A DNA stretch of 64,000 bases from Candidatus Omnitrophota bacterium (lineage in GTDB: Bacteria; Omnitrophota; Gorgyraeia; Gygaellales; Profunditerraquicolaceae): positions 270,501-334,500 of the forward strand of contig QZKH01000002.1 in assembly GCA_003598025.1 (NCBI GenBank), written 5' to 3'. Shown in pieces: positions 9,034 to 20,433 of the stretch. The notes beneath the pieces were generated by a model. The model searched no databases, had not been told where the DNA came from, and was given only the letters and a program-made list of their open reading frames with translations. How positions within the stretch are numbered: position 1 is the first letter of the stretch; each line of letters opens with the position of its first letter. The translations under genes and the position numbers were made by a program.

Positions 9034-9115
9034 CTTAGTTCATAGTCCATAGTTGATGGTTCATGGATATGGAGATATTTCTATGAACAATGAACTATGA
9101 GCAATGAACTAACCT
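9034..9115. repeat. Intergenic imperfect palindrome of GTTCAT/ATGAAC words
   Basis: 'ttagttcatagtccatagttgatggttcatgg...ctatgaacaatgaactatgagcaatgaactaac'. Confidence 0.65.
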
Positions 9116-9127
9116 TTGGAGGTTTTT

Positions 9128-11661
<2,534 letters not shown>

Positions 11662-11779
11662 AATTTTCATAACCAATTTGAAAATAAAGAAGTTAAGGCC
11701 CAGGTAAAACCTTTGGAAACCGGGGGTTTCCATTAAACCTGTAAGGCCCCTTTTGTATGCAGATTGGGCTCAAAATCCC

Positions 11780-11815
11780 TTGACTAATATATATAGGTAT
11801 GATATATTTGACCTT
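11780..11815 (+). promoter_or_regulatory. Sigma70-like promoter TTGACT-17 nt-TATATT upstream of the OmpA-like lipoprotein gene (approximate coordinates)
   Basis: 'cccTTGACTaatatatataggtatgaTATATTtgacc' followed by SD AGGAGG and the ATG at 11836. Confidence 0.5.
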
Positions 11816-11835
11816 AATCTAAAAGGAGGAAATCT

Positions 11836-12480
11836 ATGATGACTAAAGTATCCAAAATCGTTTTAATAATCTTATTAGCAACAAGTTTAGTGGGATGCAC
11901 ATTTATCTTCCAAAAGGGAAGAAGGTCAGATTTGCAGAAAATCGATGAATTATCGCGCCAGCTCGATGATTTAAACAGCACGATGAAAATATTACAGAGC
12001 AAGTTAAGCGATGAGATCCGCGATAAGCAGGTGAGCCTCAAGATGATGGAGAAGGGCTTAGTCATAAATTTTGTCGCCGATGTTTTATTTGATTCAGGAA
12101 AGGCAAAGATCAAGAAGGATGCTTATTCTACTTTGGATAAAGTTGCTTCAGTATTAAGAGAAGATGTGCCTAACCTGAACGTCGGAATCGAAGGCCATAC
12201 TGATAACCAGCCTATAAAATATTCCGGCTGGAAATCAAACTGGGAACTTTCATCAGCAAGAGCGCTTAGCGTGCTGCATTATCTGGCTGATAACGCAGGA
12301 GTTGCACCGGAGAGGTTATCTGCCATAGGCTACGGAGAGTTCCGCCCGGTTGCACCGAATGATACAAAACTGGGTATGCAGGCAAACCGCAGGGTTGAGA
12401 TCGTAATACTGCCCAAGGTTCAGAAGGTTAAGGATTCGCAGGAAGCGCCCGAACCTATGCCCCAAGGCAAAATCAAATAA
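11836..12480 (+). CDS. OmpA/MotB-family peptidoglycan-binding lipoprotein with N-terminal coiled coil
   Basis: Lipobox-like 'LVGCT'; OmpA domain 'GHTDNQPI...NWELSSARALSV...NRRVEIVI'. Confidence 0.75.
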   Translation: MMTKVSKIVLIILLATSLVGCTFIFQKGRRSDLQKIDELSRQLDDLNSTMKILQSKLSDEIRDKQVSLKMMEKGLVINFVADVLFDSGKAKIKKDAYSTLDKVASVLREDVPNLNVGIEGHTDNQPIKYSGWKSNWELSSARALSVLHYLADNAGVAPERLSAIGYGEFRPVAPNDTKLGMQANRRVEIVILPKVQKVKDSQEAPEPMPQGKIK

Positions 12481-12497
12481 CTTTACTGGATATAAAG

Positions 12498-12893
12498 ATG
12501 CTAAAGCTGGATAATTTAGGCAATAAGCTTGTATATATATTAGGTGCTTTATGCGTGGTTTTATTGGTAATAACTTTCAGTTCCTGCAGCAACGCCAGCC
12601 GCCAGAAAGCCGCGCGGGAAAAAGAGATCTTTAATAAACTGGAAGCTGAAGAAAAATTGAGCAAGGTCTCCCAGGATAAAGTCTCTATGCAGGAGAAGAT
12701 CGCGGCCCTCACTAAAGAGTCGGAGGCCTTGGCCGGGGATTTAGGGAAGACCAAGAATCTCCTGGAGCAGGAGAAGATGATAAGCCAGAGCATAAAAGAA
12801 GAATTAAACAAAGTCACCAAAGAAAAAGAATCCTTGGAAAGGCAGCTAGAAGAAGCACTCGCGGGAAACAAAGCCAATAAACTTAAAAAATGA
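12498..12893 (+). CDS. Coiled-coil lipoprotein (hypothetical)
   Basis: Lipobox 'FSSCS'; heptad-rich K/E sequence; 131 aa. Confidence 0.5.
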   Translation: MLKLDNLGNKLVYILGALCVVLLVITFSSCSNASRQKAAREKEIFNKLEAEEKLSKVSQDKVSMQEKIAALTKESEALAGDLGKTKNLLEQEKMISQSIKEELNKVTKEKESLERQLEEALAGNKANKLKK

Positions 12894-12936
12894 ACTAGGC
12901 CTGTGGAAAGAAGGGTATTTTTTTTGACCTTAAGAG

Positions 12937-12961
12937 AGGGGATGAGATTATCCCCTTTTTT
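12937..12961 (+). terminator. Rho-independent terminator: GAGGGGAT-gagatt-ATCCCC + T6
   Basis: 'agAGGGGATgagattATCCCCTTTTTTatt' immediately after the coiled-coil gene's stop. Confidence 0.7.
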
Positions 12962-12982
12962 ATTGCGAGAAGAGGAGGGCGT

Positions 12983-13966
12983 ATGGCAATACTAAGGAAG
13001 TTAAAAGAAGTTTTTAAAAAACTGCTCCGGATGCTTAAGCTTTCTGAATCAGGCGTTGATACTGCAAAAAAACAAAAGGCTAAAGAAATACAACCCAGCC
13101 AGAATGTATTGGGCAACCAGGAAGTAGAAGTCGGTATGACAAAATTCTCCAATCCGGAGAATATGAGGCAGGCGCGGGCTTATCCGCAGGAATTATCCGG
13201 CGCCTATGGTAAAGACAAAATGGTTTTGCAGGTTCGCGACCCCTGGTGGCTGCATGCCTATTGGGAGATAACAGAGCCGACATGGTCGCATTTTAAGTCA
13301 AAGTTAGGAGCAGATAAAGTCGCTTCGGCAAAATTGCTCCTTAGGGCATATGATGTAACAGGTATAGATTTCGACGGCAAGAACGCCAACAGGTATTTTG
13401 ATATTGATATAAACAGGAACGCAAATAACTGGTACGTAGATACCGGTTCCGACGGCAGGTCCTGGTGCGTGGATATTGGATTGATGCTTGGCGACGGCAG
13501 GTTTATCACAATATTGCGTTCCAACTTTGTCACTACCCCTCTGGCCGGCCCGTCCTGGATAACCGACGAGGAGTGGATGATCCCCGATGACTTATTCGCC
13601 AGGCTCTACGGCATGGGATTTGGTTTCGGCAAGAGTTCTCCTGTAGGCAAGGGATGGCAGGAAAAGATAAGGAAAGAATTCTTTTCCTCTCCGGGATTTG
13701 CTTCTATGGCCAGCCCGGTAAAACAGATGCTCAAAGAAAAGCAGTTCTGGCTGGTTGTAAATACAGAACTCATCGTTTACGGGGCGACCGAGCCCGATGC
13801 TAAAGTATACGTGCAGAATAAAGAGATAAATTTAAGGCCTGACGGCACTTTCAGCCTGCGTTTTGCCCTCCCTGATGGCAAGCAGGTTATACCTGTCAAG
13901 GCGGTATCCAGAGACCAGCAGGATGAAAGAATTATAACTCCTGTAGTCAAAAAAGAGACTAAATAG
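12983..13966 (+). CDS. DUF4912-family protein (commonly paired with GH57 enzymes)
   Basis: 'DPWWLHAYWEI...RAYDVTGIDFDG...NWYVD' pattern; immediately upstream of a GH57 gene. Confidence 0.6.
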   Translation: MAILRKLKEVFKKLLRMLKLSESGVDTAKKQKAKEIQPSQNVLGNQEVEVGMTKFSNPENMRQARAYPQELSGAYGKDKMVLQVRDPWWLHAYWEITEPTWSHFKSKLGADKVASAKLLLRAYDVTGIDFDGKNANRYFDIDINRNANNWYVDTGSDGRSWCVDIGLMLGDGRFITILRSNFVTTPLAGPSWITDEEWMIPDDLFARLYGMGFGFGKSSPVGKGWQEKIRKEFFSSPGFASMASPVKQMLKEKQFWLVVNTELIVYGATEPDAKVYVQNKEINLRPDGTFSLRFALPDGKQVIPVKAVSRDQQDERIITPVVKKETK

Positions 13967-14006
13967 ATTAATCTGATTATTCACACCTAATAATAAGGGG
14001 CAGATA

Positions 14007-15584
14007 ATGAATAAGGGTTATTTGTGTTTAGTTTTACACGCTCATCTTCCTTTTGTCAGGCACCCCGAACACGAGGATTTCCTTGAAGAGGATTGGTTAT
14101 ATGAAGCCATAACCGAGACTTATGTGCCTCTGATTCTGGTCTTTGAAAAATTAATACGCGATAATGTTGATTTCAGGATAACCATGTCGCTGACACCGAC
14201 ATTGTGCTCGATGCTCCAGGATGGGCTGCTCCAGGAGCGTTACTTAAAGCACATTAATAAACTGATTGAACTTGCGCACAGGGAAGCGGACAGGACGCGC
14301 TGGATGCCTGAGTTCAACCATCTTGCCAATATGTATTTGAGCAAGTTTTATGAAGTCAGGGGTACTTTTGAAAAGTATAACCGCGACTTAACGCGTGCAT
14401 TTAAAAGTTTTCAGGACGCCGGCAAACTTGAAATAATAACCTGCGGGGCGACTCATGGTTATTTCCCGCTTATGGATGTGACAAAGGCTTCGGTCAATGC
14501 GCAGGTAAGGGTGGCAGCGGACCATTATGAAAACGTATTCGGCAGAAGGCCCCGGGGTATCTGGCTACCTGAATGCGGGTATAACCCGGGAGATGACCAG
14601 ATACTGAAAGAAGCAGGCATAAAATATTTCTTTACCGATGCCCATGCAATCTTGCATGCGACTCCCCGCCCCAAATACGGCGTGTTTGCGCCTGTATATT
14701 GTAAATCCGGCGTTGCATCTTTCGGCAGGGACCTTGAGTCATCTAAACAGGTCTGGTCTTCAATAGAAGGTTATCCGGGAGATTATTTTTACCGTGAATT
14801 TTACCGCGACATAGGCTTTGACCTTGATTATGATTATATCCGTCCTTATATACATCCTGACGGTATCAGGATAAATACGGGAATAAAATATTTCCGCATA
14901 ACCGGCAGCGAAAACAAGCAGCCTTATTCGCCTGAATTAGCCAGGGAAAAGGCCGCCGAACATGCAGGTAATTTCATGTTTAACAGGCAGAAACAAGCCG
15001 AATACCTGTTTGATCTTCTGAAGAAGAAACCGATAATAGTCTCGCCTTATGACGCTGAATTATACGGGCATTGGTGGTATGAAGGCGTTATGTGGCTGGA
15101 TTTTTTAATCAGGAAGATAGTTTTTGACCAGGATGATATCAGGCTGATAACAGCTTCGGAATATTTAATCGAGAACCCGCGCAACCAGGTGGTGACGCCT
15201 TCAATGTCAAGCTGGGGATGGAAAGGCTACAGCGAGATGTGGCTGCAGGGTTCTAACGACTGGATATACAGGCACCTGCATGCTGCTTCAGAGAAAATGA
15301 GCGAGCTGGTTGATGCTTATCCTAATGCGCAGGGCATACAACTTAGGGCATTGAACCAGTGCCTGCGCGAACTGCTTTTAGCTCAAAGTTCAGACTGGGC
15401 TTTTATCCTTGGCACCGGTACGCATACTTCTTACGCAGTCCAGCGGACAAAAAACCATTTGCTTAATTTTATGAGGTTGTTTGAAGAGATAAAATCAAAT
15501 TCCATAGATAACAACTGGCTTTCCGAAATAGAGCGCAAGGATAATATTTTTCCTAACATAGATTACAGAAAACACAAGGACTGA
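14007..15584 (+). CDS. Glycoside hydrolase family 57 enzyme, probable 1,4-alpha-glucan branching enzyme
   Basis: N-terminus 'GYLCLVLHAHLPFV' and 'ELYGHWW' typical of GH57; ~525 aa. Confidence 0.8.
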   Translation: MNKGYLCLVLHAHLPFVRHPEHEDFLEEDWLYEAITETYVPLILVFEKLIRDNVDFRITMSLTPTLCSMLQDGLLQERYLKHINKLIELAHREADRTRWMPEFNHLANMYLSKFYEVRGTFEKYNRDLTRAFKSFQDAGKLEIITCGATHGYFPLMDVTKASVNAQVRVAADHYENVFGRRPRGIWLPECGYNPGDDQILKEAGIKYFFTDAHAILHATPRPKYGVFAPVYCKSGVASFGRDLESSKQVWSSIEGYPGDYFYREFYRDIGFDLDYDYIRPYIHPDGIRINTGIKYFRITGSENKQPYSPELAREKAAEHAGNFMFNRQKQAEYLFDLLKKKPIIVSPYDAELYGHWWYEGVMWLDFLIRKIVFDQDDIRLITASEYLIENPRNQVVTPSMSSWGWKGYSEMWLQGSNDWIYRHLHAASEKMSELVDAYPNAQGIQLRALNQCLRELLLAQSSDWAFILGTGTHTSYAVQRTKNHLLNFMRLFEEIKSNSIDNNWLSEIERKDNIFPNIDYRKHKD

Positions 15585-15605
15585 AAATCAGCTTGTTTAA
15601 AGAGT

Positions 15606-16316
15606 ATGCCTCAAGAGATAAATATTCCCAGACATATTGCTATAATCATGGACGGAAACGGAAGATGGGCCACTGAAAAAGGCTTATCCCGGACCGCAGG
15701 TCACAAAGAAGGCACAAAGAGGATAAGAGAGGTAATAAAGGCCGCCGATGAATTCGGGGTGCGCGTGCTTACGCTCTTTGCGTTTTCTACGGAGAATTGG
15801 AACAGGCCTAAAAAAGAGATAGAGATACTGATGCGTTACTTAGACAGCTTCCTTGACCATGAGGCTATCGAGCTGCATGAGAACAATATGAGGCTGCTTA
15901 TTATCGGCAGGGATGAGCCGCTCCCTCAATATATCCAGGATAAAATAAGAAAGGTCCAGGCGAAGACCAAGGATAATACCGGTTTAACATTGGTGCTTGC
16001 GCTTAATTATGGGGCAAGGCAGGAATTAGTTGATGCTTTCAAGAAAATCATCCCGCTGGTAACAAGGGGCGAGATCGCATTAGAAAGCGTAGATGAAAAT
16101 ATTATCGCTAAATTTCTTTATACTTACGGCCTGCCGGACCCCGATTTGCTGATAAGGACTAGCGGCGAGATGCGCCTGAGCAATTTTCTTCTCTGGCAGT
16201 TATCATATGCCGAGATGTATTTCCCGAAAAAATACTGGCCTGATTTTACGAGAGATGACCTGGAGAAGGCGATAAAAGAATATAAATCAAGGAGCCGGAG
16301 GTTCGGCGGAATTTAA
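15606..16316 (+). CDS. uppS: Undecaprenyl-diphosphate synthase
   Basis: 'HIAIIMDGNGRWA', 'RTSGEMRLSNFLLWQ'. Confidence 0.92.
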   Translation: MPQEINIPRHIAIIMDGNGRWATEKGLSRTAGHKEGTKRIREVIKAADEFGVRVLTLFAFSTENWNRPKKEIEILMRYLDSFLDHEAIELHENNMRLLIIGRDEPLPQYIQDKIRKVQAKTKDNTGLTLVLALNYGARQELVDAFKKIIPLVTRGEIALESVDENIIAKFLYTYGLPDPDLLIRTSGEMRLSNFLLWQLSYAEMYFPKKYWPDFTRDDLEKAIKEYKSRSRRFGGI

Positions 16317-16328
16317 AAAGTCAAGACT

Positions 16329-17129
16329 ATGCTTAAATACAGGGTCCTTAGCTCGCTGGCATTAACGCTGGTATTGTTTGTTTTCATATCAATCGACTGG
16401 CTGTGCGGCCTGATGATAACTGCTTTCATAGTTGTCGCCCTTTATGAATTCTTTAAGATGCTGGAGAAAAAGGGCATAAATACCTACAAGTATTTCGGTA
16501 TAGGCTTAGGTACGGTCATACCTTTATCGCTTATTTACCGTTTTGAGCTTACAAGAAATTGGGAATTTCTCTTTATAGTCCTCGGTCTTTTGTCGCTTTT
16601 TCTTATGCAGTTTCGGCGCAGGGACAATTCCGGCGTCATAGTTGATATATCTACTACGATATTCGGCATAATATATGTATCGTGGTTCTTAAGTTTTTTG
16701 ATAAGGGTCAGGTATTTCTACGCAGGGGCAGGCCTGCTTGTGGCAGTCTTATTAATCACCAAGGCCGGCGATGTTGGGGCTTATTTGGTCGGCAGGCGTT
16801 TTGGCAGGACCCCGCTTATGCCAAGAGTGAGCCCTAATAAATCGCTTGAAGGCGCGGTAGGCGGATTGTTTTGCAGTATAATAGTTGCTTTTGTATGCAA
16901 GCCGCTGCTTGGGCTTGGCTACGCCCATCTTGTGTTTGTAGGTTTCATTATGGGAGTATTGGGCCAATTGGGCGACCTTTCAGAATCCTTGATAAAAAGG
17001 GACTGCCAGGTAAAAGACTCAGGCAAGATACTCCCGGGCATGGGAGGGGTATTAGATTTTGTAGACAGCCTGCTTTTTACAGGCCCGGTATTTTATTTTT
17101 ACGTCAGCGCGCTGCTGAGGATTCAGTAA
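16329..17129 (+). CDS. cdsA: Phosphatidate cytidylyltransferase
   Basis: Polytopic membrane protein with the CdsA C-terminal signature 'SLIKRDCQVKDSGKILPGMGGVLD'. Confidence 0.85.
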   Translation: MLKYRVLSSLALTLVLFVFISIDWLCGLMITAFIVVALYEFFKMLEKKGINTYKYFGIGLGTVIPLSLIYRFELTRNWEFLFIVLGLLSLFLMQFRRRDNSGVIVDISTTIFGIIYVSWFLSFLIRVRYFYAGAGLLVAVLLITKAGDVGAYLVGRRFGRTPLMPRVSPNKSLEGAVGGLFCSIIVAFVCKPLLGLGYAHLVFVGFIMGVLGQLGDLSESLIKRDCQVKDSGKILPGMGGVLDFVDSLLFTGPVFYFYVSALLRIQ

Positions 17130-17139
17130 TAATAGTAAA

Positions 17140-18291
17140 ATGAAGAAAATAGCTGTTTTGGGCTCAACCGGTTCCATCGGTAAGAATACCCTGGATATCA
17201 TAAAGAATTTTCCCGGGGAATTTAAGGCGGTTGCCCTCAGCACTAATAGCAATACCGATCTTTTATACCGTCAGATTAAGATCTTCCGGCCTGAATATGC
17301 GTGCGTCAGCGATGAGAAAGCTGCGGCAAAGTTAAAAAGGCTGTTAAGGCCATCAGCCGTCAGGATATTTACCGGCGCAGACGGCCTGGATGAAATGGCA
17401 GGATTATCCGGTATTGATCAGGTGATGATGGCAATAAGCGGTTCTGCGGCATTACGGCCACTCATTAGTGCTATCAATTCCGCCAAAGATATTGCGCTGG
17501 CAAATAAAGAGGCGCTGGTTATGGCCGGCCACCTGGTGATGAGGATGGCCGCCAGAAAAAAAATAAACATATGCCCGGTTGACAGCGAGCAATCTGCGAT
17601 CTGGCAGTGCCTGATGGGCAATGAAATGCGCCAGGTAAAAAGGCTGCATCTTACAGCTTCAGGCGGGCCGTTCAGGAAATTCAGCAGGAGCCAGTTAAAT
17701 AAGATATCAGTCGAGCAGGCACTTAAGCATCCCTGTTGGAAGATGGGCAGGAAGATAAGCGTGGATTCTGCTACTTTGATGAACAAGGGGCTTGAAGTAA
17801 TTGAGGCAATGCATTTATTCGGGGTATCCGCCGATAAAATCAAAGTTGTAATACACCCCGAAGCTTTGATACATTCGATGGTTGAGTTTTTAGACGGGAT
17901 AATCCTTGCGCAGATATCTGTGACTGACATGCGCCTGCCGATACAGTATGCCCTGTCTTATCCCGACAGGCTGCAAAACGGCATTAATTCGCAGTTAGAT
18001 TTCTGTAAAATCAAGCAGTTTTCTTTTTACAGGCCGGATACCGGCAAATTTGAATGTTTAAGGCTTGCTTATGAAGCAGCTAAGGCTGGCGGCAGCCTTC
18101 CGGTTGTCATGAATGCCGCTAATGAAACCTGTGTAAATGCTTTTATAAATGGCAGGATCGGGTTCCTTGCAATACCCAGGATAATAGAAAAAGTGATGAG
18201 AAAGCACCGTTTAATAAAGGACCCTACATTAAAAGAGATATTTTATTCTGATGAATGGGCAAAGGCAGAAGCCCAGAAATCGCTTAATTAA
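17140..18291 (+). CDS. dxr: 1-deoxy-D-xylulose 5-phosphate reductoisomerase
   Basis: 'IAVLGSTGSIGKNTLDII', 'NKGLEVIEA'. Confidence 0.92.
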   Translation: MKKIAVLGSTGSIGKNTLDIIKNFPGEFKAVALSTNSNTDLLYRQIKIFRPEYACVSDEKAAAKLKRLLRPSAVRIFTGADGLDEMAGLSGIDQVMMAISGSAALRPLISAINSAKDIALANKEALVMAGHLVMRMAARKKINICPVDSEQSAIWQCLMGNEMRQVKRLHLTASGGPFRKFSRSQLNKISVEQALKHPCWKMGRKISVDSATLMNKGLEVIEAMHLFGVSADKIKVVIHPEALIHSMVEFLDGIILAQISVTDMRLPIQYALSYPDRLQNGINSQLDFCKIKQFSFYRPDTGKFECLRLAYEAAKAGGSLPVVMNAANETCVNAFINGRIGFLAIPRIIEKVMRKHRLIKDPTLKEIFYSDEWAKAEAQKSLN

Positions 18292-18297
18292 AATAAT

Positions 18298-19377
18298 ATG
18301 GTAACCTTAATAATCTATTTATTGATACTTGGAATACTCATAGTAGTGCATGAGCTCGGCCATTTCTTATGCGCCAAAAAAGTCGGCGTGCGGGTCGAGG
18401 AATTTTCCGTGGGTTTCGGGCGCAAGCTTTTTAAGAGGAAGAAGAAAGATACAGAATATTCCGTATCTTTAGTACCCTTAGGCGGCTATGTGAAGATGTC
18501 AGGCGACAGCCTTGAGGAATATAAAGGCAAGCCCTATGAATATTTAAGCAAGACTCCGCAAGCAAGGGCGGCAATAGTCTTCTGCGGGCCGTTGCTTAAT
18601 TATGTGCTGGGATTTTTATTTTTTTGGGTGGTTTTCTTTGCAGGGTATCCTACATTGACTTCAACAGTAGGGGCTCTTGTAGACGGCATGGGAGCTCAGG
18701 CTGCAGGCGTGCAGGCAGGGGATAAGATCATATCAGTAGACGGGAAAAATGTAAATTTATGGGAAGAGATACAGGATGGGGTATATGAAAAGAAAGCCGG
18801 AGACATCGTCAGTCTTACGGTTGAGCGCGGAGGTAAAGAGTTAAATTTTGATGTCACTATCAAGGAAAAAGAGTTTGACGATATTTTAGGCAAGAAAAAA
18901 AGCATAGGTATTATCGGGATAGAGCCGAAGAGCGATGAATTGATAAAAGTAAGGCATGGGTTTTTTGAATCACTGCTATTGGCCGCTGAGAAAACCTGGC
19001 TGCTTACCAGGCTTACCTATCAGAGCTTATGGTGGATGATAAGCGGGCAGTTATCGCTTAAGGAATCAGTGACCGGACCATTGGGTATACTTATGATTAC
19101 ATCAAATGTCGCCAGTCAGGGGATTATTGCGGTGTTGAATTTTATCGCCCTCTTAAGCATAAGCTTGGGTATATTCAATTTACTGCCTCTGCCTGTTTTG
19201 GACGGCGGGCATATATTGTTTCTTGCTATTGAGAAAATCAGGGGAAAGAATTTCAGCCTTAAGACCGAGCGTATTATTACGCGCTTAGGCATAAGCCTGC
19301 TTATATTCCTGGCTTTAATCGTTACTTACAATGACCTTCTGAGGTTTGGGAGCAAAATATTCGGATGGATGAAATAA
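18298..19377 (+). CDS. rseP: RIP site-2 zinc metalloprotease RseP with PDZ domain
   Basis: 'HELGHF' zincin motif in TM1, PDZ segment, 'LPLPVLDGG' LDG motif. Confidence 0.88.
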   Translation: MVTLIIYLLILGILIVVHELGHFLCAKKVGVRVEEFSVGFGRKLFKRKKKDTEYSVSLVPLGGYVKMSGDSLEEYKGKPYEYLSKTPQARAAIVFCGPLLNYVLGFLFFWVVFFAGYPTLTSTVGALVDGMGAQAAGVQAGDKIISVDGKNVNLWEEIQDGVYEKKAGDIVSLTVERGGKELNFDVTIKEKEFDDILGKKKSIGIIGIEPKSDELIKVRHGFFESLLLAAEKTWLLTRLTYQSLWWMISGQLSLKESVTGPLGILMITSNVASQGIIAVLNFIALLSISLGIFNLLPLPVLDGGHILFLAIEKIRGKNFSLKTERIITRLGISLLIFLALIVTYNDLLRFGSKIFGWMK

Positions 19378-20426
19378 AGAGAAGCAAAACAAGGTTAGTA
19401 AAAGTCGGCAATGTCAAGATCGGCGCGGGGAATGCTATCTCTATCCAGTCTATGGCCAAGACCAGTACTAAAGATATTGAAAGCACCTGTCGTCAAATCG
19501 GGCAGCTTCAAGAGAGCGGCTGCCAGATAGTGCGCCTGGCAGTCCTCGATATGGAGGATGCCCGGTCTTTAAAGAAGATAAAAGCAGGCTCTGTCCTGCC
19601 TATTGTCGCTGATATACATTTTGACTGGCGCCTGGCGATAGCTGCTATTGATAGCGGAGTGGATAAAATCAGGCTTAACCCCGGTAATATCTATAAAAAA
19701 AATGAAGTAGCAAACATTGTTTCTGCGCTTAAATCTGCGCATATCCCTTTAAGGGTCGGGGCTAATTCAGGCTCATTAAGAGGCCAGGGTATTAGCACCC
19801 CGGCAAAGTTGGTTTCTTCGGTTTTAGCTTATTTAAGGATGCTGGAGGGGTTGAAATTTTATAATACAGTGGTTTCTCTTAAGGCTTCCAATGTGCTGGA
19901 TACAATAGAAGCTTATACCAGATTCAGCCGCTTAAGCGATTATCCCCTGCATCTTGGGGTTACGGCAACAGGTTTTTCTCTGGACGGTGCGGTTAAATCC
20001 AGCGTTGCCTTGGGGCATTTGCTATTAAACGGCATAGGTGATACAATAAGGGTATCTTTGACTGACGATCCCAGGCAGGAAGTACGGGTTGCAAAGAGCA
20101 TCCTTGAGTCGCTGGGGTTAAGGAAATTCGGGATACAGTTTGTAAGCTGCCCCACCTGCGGAAGGTGCCAGGTGGACCTGATAAATGTTATCTCCGGTTT
20201 TGAAAAGGATATAGATAAGGCAAGCAAAGGCAAGACCGGCATGAAAGTAGCGTTTATGGGTTGTGTTGTAAACGGGCCCGGCGAAGCAAAAGAAGCAGAC
20301 ATAGGCCTTGCATTCGGAAAAAACGAAGGCCTGCTGTTTTATAAAGGTAAACCAGTAAAAAAAGTTTCTATCAAGGATTCAAAGAAGGAATTGATCAGGC
20401 AGATAAAAAAACTTAAAGAAAGATAA
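19365..20426 (+). CDS. ispG: 4-hydroxy-3-methylbut-2-en-1-yl diphosphate synthase (flavodoxin)
   Basis: 'VKVGNVKIGAGNAISIQSM', C-terminal 'CPTCGRC' Fe-S cysteines. Confidence 0.92.
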   Translation: MDEIKRSKTRLVKVGNVKIGAGNAISIQSMAKTSTKDIESTCRQIGQLQESGCQIVRLAVLDMEDARSLKKIKAGSVLPIVADIHFDWRLAIAAIDSGVDKIRLNPGNIYKKNEVANIVSALKSAHIPLRVGANSGSLRGQGISTPAKLVSSVLAYLRMLEGLKFYNTVVSLKASNVLDTIEAYTRFSRLSDYPLHLGVTATGFSLDGAVKSSVALGHLLLNGIGDTIRVSLTDDPRQEVRVAKSILESLGLRKFGIQFVSCPTCGRCQVDLINVISGFEKDIDKASKGKTGMKVAFMGCVVNGPGEAKEADIGLAFGKNEGLLFYKGKPVKKVSIKDSKKELIRQIKKLKER

Positions 20427-20433
20427 TTGGCTT

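Noticed and set aside
16871-17143. + strand 90-aa ORF overlapping the 3' end of cdsA in another frame
   Set aside because: It lies entirely inside cdsA and has Arg/Cys-rich composition atypical of this genome, so it is spurious.
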